Shown piece by piece: positions 1 through 10,089 of a stretch of 64,000 nt of DNA. The notes beneath the pieces are model-generated. The model was not told the origin of the DNA, ran no database searches, and worked only from the letters and a program-made list of their open reading frames with translations. Position numbers and translations under genes: made by a program. The stretch is from the sequence record MK773491.1; one strand, written 5' to 3'. How positions within the stretch are numbered: the stretch's first letter is position 1; every line of letters begins with the position of its first letter.

Positions 1-1
1 A

Positions 2-778
2 ACTGCTTTCATCGTAACTGATGTTCCAGCACGTCTAACTCCAAGTGCTACTGCAATTCAAGAGTGGGCTACTAATGCTAATAATGCACCAAGTAATGGT
101 GATATTGGACGTACTACTGCTTATGCTTATGCAGCACAATACATGGGTTGGTGCCTAAGTACTAACGTCGATGGTGAAGAAGTTGCAGTACCGGGTAGTA
201 CTATCGCGATGCGTACCTATGCTTATAGCGACAGCGTAAGTTATGTTTGGTTCCCACCTGCTGGTACACAACGTGGCGTTGTAAGTAATGCTGCTTCTGT
301 AGGTTACATCACTGATGAAGGTGAATATGCTCCAGTAGTATATAACAACGGTCAACGTGATACCATGTACGTTAACAAGATTAACCCAATTGCGATGCGT
401 CCAAGTCGTGGTCTATTAGTATTTGGTGACAAAACACTAGCTGCTGATGAAGGAAGTGCACTAAGCCGTGTAAACGTAGCACGTCTAGTTGTTTACATTC
501 GTCGTCAACTAGAGATTCTAGCAGATCCATTCTTGTTCCGTCTAAACACTGCAAGTACTCGTCAAGAGTTTACTGGTGTAGTTAACAGTTTCCTAGCTGA
601 AATTCTACAACTAAATGGTCTATATGACTTCTTAGTAGTATGTGATGAATCAAACAACACCCCAACTCGTATCGATAGAAACGAATTGTGGATGGATATC
701 GCGATTCAACCAGTACGTAGTATTAACTTTATCTACATTCCAATCCGTATTGAGAAAACTGCTTCAGCAGGTGCTTAA
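2..778 (+). CDS. gp18: Tail sheath protein, C-terminal part (5' truncated by window edge)
   Basis: The frame is open from base 2 (TAFIVTDVPARL...) into the 143..778 ORF. It contains sheath C-terminal motifs (INPI, GDKT, LSRVNVARL, DFLVVCDESNNTPTRIDRNELWMDIAIQPVRSINFIYIPI). Confidence 0.95.
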   Translation, partial: TAFIVTDVPARLTPSATAIQEWATNANNAPSNGDIGRTTAYAYAAQYMGWCLSTNVDGEEVAVPGSTIAMRTYAYSDSVSYVWFPPAGTQRGVVSNAASVGYITDEGEYAPVVYNNGQRDTMYVNKINPIAMRPSRGLLVFGDKTLAADEGSALSRVNVARLVVYIRRQLEILADPFLFRLNTASTRQEFTGVVNSFLAEILQLNGLYDFLVVCDESNNTPTRIDRNELWMDIAIQPVRSINFIYIPIRIEKTASAGA

Positions 779-784
779 TACTTC

Positions 785-808
785 AAAAGGGGCTTATAAG
801 CCCCTTTT
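785..808 (+). terminator. Rho-independent terminator after tail sheath
   Basis: Perfect 24-bp palindrome AAAAGGGGCTTATAAGCCCCTTTT, followed by ACTTTT. Confidence 0.8.
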
Positions 809-842
809 ACTTTTGTAACTCCAAATATGGAAAGTAATCTAA

Positions 843-848
843 TAAATA
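843..848 (+). promoter_or_regulatory. Late promoter (TAAATA) for tail tube 1
   Basis: TAAATA core of the T4 gp55 late promoter, ~35 nt upstream of the ATG and downstream of a terminator. Confidence 0.6.
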
Positions 849-883
849 TATTAAAGATATAATTCCAATTTTGGGAGAACAAT

Positions 884-1570
884 ATGGCAAATATGTTGGA
901 TAAATATGGTGTTCCACTATCTGGTGGTGGTCGTATTGCAATGAAACAACCTAAAGCGAAATATAAATTTCGTGTTATTTTCTTTGGCTTTGGTGCTGCG
1001 GAAGATGGTGATTTTATTACAATTGATACCAACACAGTAGCATCACCACACGTTTCACACGAAAACGTAACTGTTCACAGTTACAACAGTAGTGCACACT
1101 ACAAAGGTAAGTATACTTGGAGTGAGATCGAACTTGCATTCCGTGATTCTGTAGGAAACTCTTCTTTAAAAGCATTATATAACCAAATGCGTAAAGAATT
1201 TAACTACTATACTCAAGAATCTCGTATTGCCGATGTACAATTTAAGTTCGAAATGTGGATTCAAGCTCTAGATGGTTCTAACAGTGAAAGTGTTACTAAC
1301 CTGTTCCAAGGTACACAACACACATGGGTATGCCAAGGTTGTTTCATCACTGATACTAACTTTGGTGATTGGGACTATTCCAGTTCTGATCCACAAGTAA
1401 TCACAGCAACAATTCAACCTGATGCATGTGCATTACTAGGCCCAACTGGTCTACCACTAGGTGATGAAGTTTCTGGTAACGGTACTCCTGCTAATGCAAG
1501 TACTATTTCTGGTGCTCAAACCTCTATCAGTACTACATCTCTACCTGATAAAAACTTCTTTAATAACTAA
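884..1570 (+). CDS. gp19: Tail tube protein (paralog 1, likely the major tube subunit)
   Basis: Directly follows the sheath gene. Tube-like sequence (PK.KYKFRV, YKGKYTWSEIELAFRD, W..QGCFITDTNFGDWDYSSSD). Strong GGAG RBS and high-expression codon bias. Confidence 0.85.
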   Translation: MANMLDKYGVPLSGGGRIAMKQPKAKYKFRVIFFGFGAAEDGDFITIDTNTVASPHVSHENVTVHSYNSSAHYKGKYTWSEIELAFRDSVGNSSLKALYNQMRKEFNYYTQESRIADVQFKFEMWIQALDGSNSESVTNLFQGTQHTWVCQGCFITDTNFGDWDYSSSDPQVITATIQPDACALLGPTGLPLGDEVSGNGTPANASTISGAQTSISTTSLPDKNFFNN

Positions 1571-1587
1571 TATTAAAATAGATCACT

Positions 1588-1613
1588 GCCCTAGACTTGT
1601 CTGGGGCTTTTTT
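1588..1613 (+). terminator. Rho-independent terminator after tube 1
   Basis: GCCCTAGAC/GTCTGGGGC stem followed by T6. Confidence 0.75.
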
Positions 1614-1617
1614 ATGC

Positions 1618-1623
1618 TAAATA
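1618..1623 (+). promoter_or_regulatory. Late promoter (TAAATA) for tube 2 operon
   Basis: TAAATA immediately after the terminator, ~40 nt before the ATG at 1662. Confidence 0.55.
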
Positions 1624-1661
1624 ATAATATGATCCAAAAAATATTAAATAGGGGTTAATTT

Positions 1662-2435
1662 ATGGCAAATATGCTAAACAAATATGGTGTTCCTCTACCA
1701 AGTGGTAGAAATAAAACCATGCTTCAGCCAAAATCAAAATATAAATTCAGAGTGGTTGTATATAACTTTGGTACTGATATCAATGATCGTGATCACATAG
1801 CTCTAGATGTGGATCAAGTAGATAGACCATCGGTGACATTCAACACACAAAAAGTAGATATGTTCACTACTAATAGCTCATATGTTACTAAACATAACTG
1901 GAATCCTATTGTACTAACAATTAGAGATTCGGTAGGTAATGAATCCGCAAAAGCACTATCAAGACAGCTTCAAAAACAATTAGATTTTCCACGTAGAATT
2001 ACTTCTCGTTCTGAACAAAACTATTCGGGTTATAAATTTGGTTTAATCATTCAAATGCTTAATGGTAGAAATTCTGAAGATACATTAACTAATTTAGGAA
2101 GAGATACAGCAGTTGATATTTCTTCCGCATTAACAAATAACGAAGGGTTGACTAATGCAATTGATCAATTCATCGGTGGTTCTTCATATAATAGTGATGG
2201 TATCATGGAGTACTTTGTTTGTGTTGGATGTATTATTCAAGACATAAACTACGATTCTCTTGATTATAGTTCTTCATCTCCAGTAACTATGAAAATTACA
2301 ATTAAACCTGATAATGTAGTACAGTATGATACTATTGCTGAAATGTACAATAGTCGTATCAATTCTCTACTTCCTGATGAAGTTAACCAAGGGCTTGATA
2401 TTATTGATAAAATTTTTGGACAAGCAGGACTATAA
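1662..2435 (+). CDS. Tail tube protein paralog 2
   Basis: N-terminus nearly identical to tube 1 (MANMLxKYGVPL..G...QPK.KYKFRV). Has the WNPIVLTIRD and LDYSSSSP tube motifs. Confidence 0.8.
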   Translation: MANMLNKYGVPLPSGRNKTMLQPKSKYKFRVVVYNFGTDINDRDHIALDVDQVDRPSVTFNTQKVDMFTTNSSYVTKHNWNPIVLTIRDSVGNESAKALSRQLQKQLDFPRRITSRSEQNYSGYKFGLIIQMLNGRNSEDTLTNLGRDTAVDISSALTNNEGLTNAIDQFIGGSSYNSDGIMEYFVCVGCIIQDINYDSLDYSSSSPVTMKITIKPDNVVQYDTIAEMYNSRINSLLPDEVNQGLDIIDKIFGQAGL

Positions 2436-2444
2436 GGAGATAGT

Positions 2445-4557
<2,113 letters not shown>

Positions 4558-4585
4558 ATTAAACTACTGTGACACGGAGTTAACA

Positions 4586-5125
4586 ATGAATAAACTACAG
4601 ACAATTTTAACATCTCTCACTCCTGAATTTGAGTACAGGGTGAAATTTGCAATGGAACCAACCAAAGAAGATATGGCAAAGATTACTGCCCGTCTTATTG
4701 ACCGTTATGACGCAGTTGAAGTTGGCCCATTAACTAAATTAATTTTCCAAGAAAAACCCCTAGACTTTTTTGAACTAGATTGTGGCGAAATTTGGATGTT
4801 CGATTTTACATGTAATCGTGGCGTACAACCAGAAGTTCTACGTTATGAAATTGGTAACCTCTTAAAATGGACTGAGGCTTATATTAAAGTTCGTGGTAAA
4901 GGTGAACCCGTTGAGATGGCACAAGAAGAAGAACTTGATGATATAGATTTTGATGAATACGAAACTGTACTAGGTGAGCCATTCGGTGAACCGGAGCCAG
5001 ATGGTCAGGAGTTAGCTGGACAAGAACGTGCTGAAGTAGCTGTTAAAGATGCTTTAGATAATTTAGAAAAGAAAAGCGATAAATTTGCCAAGTACTTAGC
5101 TGCTGGCTTTAGTAAGAAGGATTAA
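4586..5125 (+). CDS. Hypothetical protein (probably virion-associated)
   Basis: 179 aa, GGAG RBS, acidic C-terminal half, downstream of a late promoter. Confidence 0.75.
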   Translation: MNKLQTILTSLTPEFEYRVKFAMEPTKEDMAKITARLIDRYDAVEVGPLTKLIFQEKPLDFFELDCGEIWMFDFTCNRGVQPEVLRYEIGNLLKWTEAYIKVRGKGEPVEMAQEEELDDIDFDEYETVLGEPFGEPEPDGQELAGQERAEVAVKDALDNLEKKSDKFAKYLAAGFSKKD

Positions 5126-5127
5126 TT

Positions 5128-5682
5128 ATGAGTATGTTGGAAGAAATGTTTGAAGGTGCGAATGATAATCGTGAAACCTTAAACGAACGTCCATATTCGA
5201 GAACACAATCTGCTATTGATGCAGCTAAAGGAAAAGTAAAAGGTGCTTTCGGTTCTGGACAAATTGAACAAGGTGCACAAGAAGTTGGTGCAGAAGCAAA
5301 TAAATTATGGATGGATTTCAAACGTTATATTGGTCGTAAATATGGTAAAGCCCAGCAAACTGTACCATATGGTGATGTTGTGGCTTTCTTTCAAGGAAAT
5401 AAATTAGACCCAAAATTCTTGGGTAATAATCAACGTAGGAGTTTCACCCCAAAAGATGTTGGACAAGCTCTACTTGCAGCAGTGCGGGAATACATGAATG
5501 AATTTCCACAAGATAAGCAAGAAGAACCATCGCAGCAGAATGTTCAGCCACGTACTGAACCACGGAATGACACAGAAGATTACGAAGATCAGCAGCCGAA
5601 AAGCAATCCCACTGGTATTTCAGATGTACTTTCTGGTCTAAGTTCAGCAGAGCGTGAACAATTACTACGTCTACTAAGTTAA
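5128..5682 (+). CDS. Hypothetical protein, candidate internal head protein
   Basis: 184 aa with an N-terminal LNE motif, in a late operon. Confidence 0.7.
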   Translation: MSMLEEMFEGANDNRETLNERPYSRTQSAIDAAKGKVKGAFGSGQIEQGAQEVGAEANKLWMDFKRYIGRKYGKAQQTVPYGDVVAFFQGNKLDPKFLGNNQRRSFTPKDVGQALLAAVREYMNEFPQDKQEEPSQQNVQPRTEPRNDTEDYEDQQPKSNPTGISDVLSGLSSAEREQLLRLLS

Positions 5683-5695
5683 TAGGAGATACAAA

Positions 5696-6682
5696 ATGCT
5701 AAATTTTTTCGGTAACAATTCAGAAGTACCGAATGGCTATGTTTACACGTCATATACCGGATCAAAATATGTGTTTCTAGAAGGGTTATGGTTCAATGAC
5801 TCTTCTATGAAAATGGTTGATCCTTCTAAGTACTCTAAAATGTATGTAAGTGCACAACGTCAAATTGTTGAACAGAATTTACATTCCAAAATGAAAATTG
5901 GTAATACATATATTTGTGAAGGAAAAGAATACACTTTTATTGGTGAAGGTAAATTTACCCAAAACGGTAATGTTATCGCTGAAAGCCTTAGCATTAGTCA
6001 TTCTTTAATGGAAGCAGAAGATAATCAACAAATTGCACCAAATGGATATGTTTATACTTCAAATAAAGGTAAATCATATTATAAAAAAAATGGAGAATGG
6101 TATATTTCAGGAACAAAGGATAAAGTTAATTCTTCTGCTAGTAAGCCACTTGAGAAAGCTGCTATTCGAAAAATAGAACAAGAAAATAATTCTAATGAAT
6201 TGAAAATTGGTAAAAGTACTTGGACTTCTAGTAAGGGTAAAGAATATACATATGTTGGTGGAGACCGCTTTATTTCGGAAGATGGAAAACTTTTACCAAA
6301 AGGGATGGCTGAAAAAGCTAAAGATGATATAGTCTCTAAGAAAGATGATCATCGAGAAGAAGATACTAAAGTTCGTGATGATGTAGATTCTAAAATTGAT
6401 GATACCAGTACTGCTACACCTGAAGACCGCCATGAAGAAGAAAAGACAGACCAACAAAAAGCTGTTGATGAAATTGATGTAGATCGTGAAGCCCATCAAG
6501 AAGAAAAAGATGATATCAAAGGATTAGCAAATAAAATTAAAGCTAGCCCATATTCTCGTAAGATTACAGTACTTTTAACACGTGCTGATAAACTATCACT
6601 TATGGCTGCTGATATTCTTCTATCAGGAAAGGTAGACGAAGTTAAGAAGATTTTACAATCATTAAATAATAGAGATGAGTAA
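5696..6682 (+). CDS. Hypothetical protein with an internal ~103-aa duplication
   Basis: AGGAG RBS. PNGYVYTS...KIG...GKEYT..G occurs twice with a 309-nt period. Confidence 0.8.
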   Translation: MLNFFGNNSEVPNGYVYTSYTGSKYVFLEGLWFNDSSMKMVDPSKYSKMYVSAQRQIVEQNLHSKMKIGNTYICEGKEYTFIGEGKFTQNGNVIAESLSISHSLMEAEDNQQIAPNGYVYTSNKGKSYYKKNGEWYISGTKDKVNSSASKPLEKAAIRKIEQENNSNELKIGKSTWTSSKGKEYTYVGGDRFISEDGKLLPKGMAEKAKDDIVSKKDDHREEDTKVRDDVDSKIDDTSTATPEDRHEEEKTDQQKAVDEIDVDREAHQEEKDDIKGLANKIKASPYSRKITVLLTRADKLSLMAADILLSGKVDEVKKILQSLNNRDE

Positions 6683-6699
6683 TCACAAGGATTAATAAA

Positions 6700-7752
6700 A
6701 TGACTAAAAAAATTAACGAAGCATCAATTAAACTTGATGTAAATGGACTAGAATCTGAAGATTTTGAAACACTATCACGTATGCTTGCCCTAGCGGGGCA
6801 AGCAGAAACTAACACTGGTTCTGTCGGTACTGGTGGTCTTGCTCCCCTAAAACCAATGGATTTTGATAGTATTGGTGATGAAGAAGTTGGGGCAGAAACT
6901 CAACCTATTATGAATCCAGCAGATGCAATGGCACCTGTATCTCCTGCTGATGGAGCAGCGGATCTAGGTGATGCTATTGATGACCTAGCAGGTACTGTAT
7001 CTGATTTCGGTGCAGATACCGAAGAAAGTGAAATGTCACTTGACATGGACGGTCAACCAAGTGTATCATCTGAATCAGAGTTTGAAGATGACGAAGAACT
7101 TGGCGATATTGTTGGTTTCGATGATGTAAGTATGGAACTTGACGATAATGGTGATGACGAATTCGATATGAGTCGTATGTCAGAACTAGCTGGTTTAGGA
7201 GAATCTCTAATTACTGAAGATGATTCGGCAGCAGAAGAAGTTGTTGATACTGATGCTCGTGAAGATGAAGATCTTGTTGATGCCGAAGAAGATGCCGCGA
7301 ATGAAGAATTAGATGAAAGTCAACGAATTCTACCGGATCTTTCACTAGAAGAAGATTCTAGTGAAGCTGAACAATCATATGGGCCGTTCAATACTGAACG
7401 TGAAGCGGTTGAAGATGGAATGCGTCAAACTAATGGTATTGAAGGTGATAACTTCATCATAGTACCACAAGGTAACGCATACTACTGGAAACGTACTGTA
7501 CATGAAGAACTACAGAACGAACCAGAACCCGAATTCTTTGATAATGATGGTATTGAAAATTCTCGTCATAATTATCGCCACAAACGTACTGCATTAGGTG
7601 ATAATCCACTACTTCATAATGTTCGTGAATCAGAAGAAGTAGATGCTGATAACGATAAAGAAGATGATAATGACGATGAAGATGTAGAACAAATCTACGA
7701 AAGCATTGCTGCACAATATGAGAAGTTTCTAGGTGGCTTAAATGGCAAATAA
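6700..7752 (+). CDS. Highly acidic hypothetical protein (core/scaffold-like)
   Basis: 350 aa, very D/E rich, with two RMxxLAG motifs. Confidence 0.75.
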   Translation: MTKKINEASIKLDVNGLESEDFETLSRMLALAGQAETNTGSVGTGGLAPLKPMDFDSIGDEEVGAETQPIMNPADAMAPVSPADGAADLGDAIDDLAGTVSDFGADTEESEMSLDMDGQPSVSSESEFEDDEELGDIVGFDDVSMELDDNGDDEFDMSRMSELAGLGESLITEDDSAAEEVVDTDAREDEDLVDAEEDAANEELDESQRILPDLSLEEDSSEAEQSYGPFNTEREAVEDGMRQTNGIEGDNFIIVPQGNAYYWKRTVHEELQNEPEPEFFDNDGIENSRHNYRHKRTALGDNPLLHNVRESEEVDADNDKEDDNDDEDVEQIYESIAAQYEKFLGGLNGK

Positions 7753-8152
7753 TTACCGTGAAATCATGGAAAGCATTGATGCTATTCTTGATGACGAAAC
7801 AGAAGTTGATAGGGATGAAGAATCCCTATCCCCACAAGAGCTTCTAAAAGACATTGTTGGCTGTCTAAGACATTGCATCGATAAGATGAGTTCTGAGGAA
7901 GTTGACGATTATGAAGATTTTGTGGAAAAGTTGAAAAAAGTACGTGACATTCTCCAGCAAGACGATTATAATGATGAACATCAACTAGATGATAATGAAG
8001 AACTAGTTGAAGAAAGTCCTTTTCCTGAAATTAAAGGTGATGAATACGGAACTGCTGGTATGGGGCCACGTATTGATAAAAGTGGTAAGCAACATTATGA
8101 AAACCCAAAAGGTCAATCATATGCTGCTAAACATGGGTTTGTAGGAATTTAA
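7742..8152 (+). CDS. Acidic hypothetical protein
   Basis: 136 aa, overlaps the upstream stop, GGTGG RBS. Confidence 0.75.
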   Translation: MANNYREIMESIDAILDDETEVDRDEESLSPQELLKDIVGCLRHCIDKMSSEEVDDYEDFVEKLKKVRDILQQDDYNDEHQLDDNEELVEESPFPEIKGDEYGTAGMGPRIDKSGKQHYENPKGQSYAAKHGFVGI

Positions 8153-8154
8153 AA

Positions 8155-8529
8155 ATGATTCCAAAGACCAACAGCACTGAATATCAAAATGAAGTACTGG
8201 AAAAAGTTCGTGAAGTATATGAATCCGAAGCGGAGATTACTGACCGAATGCTCCTTATGTCCATTTTCGAGAACTTCAGGACTGGTGGCGGTCTTCGTCT
8301 AAGTAAATTCGGATTCGAAATCTGTCAAGGTAACGGATTGTATGAATTTGTAAAAGTCCCATTAAAACGGGAAGATAGAAATTCGGTTGTTTATACATCT
8401 TTGGATCGCATATGCACTAGTCCGTATTATGTTTGTGGAACAGACATTTACATCTCGGACATGATGGTTGTCACACAGCTTACATTTTGCTGTGACGACT
8501 TTCAAAAGCTCTTTGCGGTTTACATGTGA
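8155..8529 (+). CDS. Hypothetical protein
   Basis: 124 aa, AGGA RBS, co-oriented with the operon. Confidence 0.7.
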   Translation: MIPKTNSTEYQNEVLEKVREVYESEAEITDRMLLMSIFENFRTGGGLRLSKFGFEICQGNGLYEFVKVPLKREDRNSVVYTSLDRICTSPYYVCGTDIYISDMMVVTQLTFCCDDFQKLFAVYM

Positions 8530-8546
8530 AAAGATTTTAAAAAATC

Positions 8547-8577
8547 TTGGGACAAACCGAATAACATGTGATATAAT
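8547..8577 (+). promoter_or_regulatory. TTGGGACAAA / TGTGATATAAT promoter (copy 1)
   Basis: Conserved box plus extended -10, upstream of MoxR. One of five near-identical copies. Confidence 0.85.
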
Positions 8578-8713
8578 AAACGCATATTAAGAGACACAGT
8601 ACGGAACACTAACAAGGCACTGAAGTTAATGGTAACACAGTGCCTTCTCTTTTGCTTATGGATTAGCGATAAACTGAGTATTACATTTTATAACCCAAAT
8701 GAGGAATATACAT

Positions 8714-10036
8714 ATGAGCAACGATCTACTAAACCTAACTCTATCCCCAAAGAAAACTAAAATTGCAATGGCACTAGCTGACCGTGTAAAAGACAGTCTA
8801 ATGATTTGGGGTGCACCCGGTATTGGTAAATCTGCTGTGGCACTACAGTACGCTAATGAAAAATATCCACTACGCAAAGACAATCTAGAAAAACTAGAAT
8901 TCATGCGTAAACAAATTGAAGAAGAAACAGATGCAGCACAAAAAGCTCAACTTGAACGTGAATATAAAGCATTTGACGCTAAACTAATCGATCAAGACAC
9001 TAACTTCATCGATTTCCGTCTATCTCAAATCGACCCAACTGACCTACGTGGGATTCCTGTACCAGAAAAAATCTTCCTAGATATGGATGGTAAATCTCTA
9101 ATTGAGTCTGAACTAAAAGAAGTACAGGATTATATCGCAGAAACCGCAGTTATTTGGGCTGCACCAAAAGTACTAAAACTACCGTCTGATTGGAAAGGTG
9201 TTATTCTATTTGATGAAATTAACTCAGCCATGCCAATCGTACAGGCTGCTTCTTATCAGCTAATCCTAGACCGTTGTGTTGGCGAAATGAAGCTACCTAA
9301 AGACTGCCTAATCCTAGCAGCAGGTAACCGTGAAACTGATGGTGGTGTAACTTTCACACTAGCAACTCCACTTCGTGACCGTATGACCCACGTTGAAATG
9401 GAACCAAACCATCAAGATTGGATTGATGATTATGCAATCGGTAAGCGTCTAAACCCAGCTACTGTAGCATTCATCAACAACACTGGTACTAAGTTCTTCA
9501 ACACGCTAAACCCTAATGACCCAAGTCATTCTGGTGGTACTTCCCCACGCTCATGGGAACGTGTTGCACAATACGAAGATCTAAATGATGGTTCTCTAGA
9601 TAAAGAAGTATATCGTGCAATGATTGCAGGACGTATTGGTGAAGCTGCTGCAATCTCTTACATCGAATACGTAGAAAACGTATCTAAACTACCTGATACT
9701 ATGAAGATCCTAAATGGTGAAATCAAAGAACTAGATGGTAGCCTAGATATTTCTGCAAACTACTTTATCTCTCTAAATCTAGTGTATAAGATTATTGACC
9801 TATATGCACAAAAACAAGAGAAGAAACTAGAAGTTGATGAATGGAGCCGCCTAGCAAACAACTTCATCATTTTCCTAGAGAAGAACTTCTCCGAATATTC
9901 TGCTGAACTAGCTGTACTAGCAATTCGTACACTAACCCAAGCACGTGTTCAACTATCTTACAAAGAAGTCCCAGCATTCCAAGACTTCGTTAAACGTTAT
10001 CAGGATCTAGTGCGTCGTGCACGTACCCTAAACTAA
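8714..10036 (+). CDS. MoxR-family AAA+ ATPase
   Basis: Walker A GAPGIGKS, DFRLSQIDPTDLRGIP, Walker B LFDEIN, AAGNRE, SPRSWE. Start placed at 8714 because of the GAGGA RBS. Confidence 0.9.
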   Translation: MSNDLLNLTLSPKKTKIAMALADRVKDSLMIWGAPGIGKSAVALQYANEKYPLRKDNLEKLEFMRKQIEEETDAAQKAQLEREYKAFDAKLIDQDTNFIDFRLSQIDPTDLRGIPVPEKIFLDMDGKSLIESELKEVQDYIAETAVIWAAPKVLKLPSDWKGVILFDEINSAMPIVQAASYQLILDRCVGEMKLPKDCLILAAGNRETDGGVTFTLATPLRDRMTHVEMEPNHQDWIDDYAIGKRLNPATVAFINNTGTKFFNTLNPNDPSHSGGTSPRSWERVAQYEDLNDGSLDKEVYRAMIAGRIGEAAAISYIEYVENVSKLPDTMKILNGEIKELDGSLDISANYFISLNLVYKIIDLYAQKQEKKLEVDEWSRLANNFIIFLEKNFSEYSAELAVLAIRTLTQARVQLSYKEVPAFQDFVKRYQDLVRRARTLN

Positions 10037-10043
10037 GTATTAT

Positions 10044-10067
10044 GAGGACGGGTTACCGTCCTCTTTT
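10044..10067 (+). terminator. Terminator between MoxR and VWA genes
   Basis: GAGGACGG-GTTA-CCGTCCTC-TTTT. Confidence 0.7.
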
Positions 10068-10089
10068 AATCTAACAAGAGGATTATATA

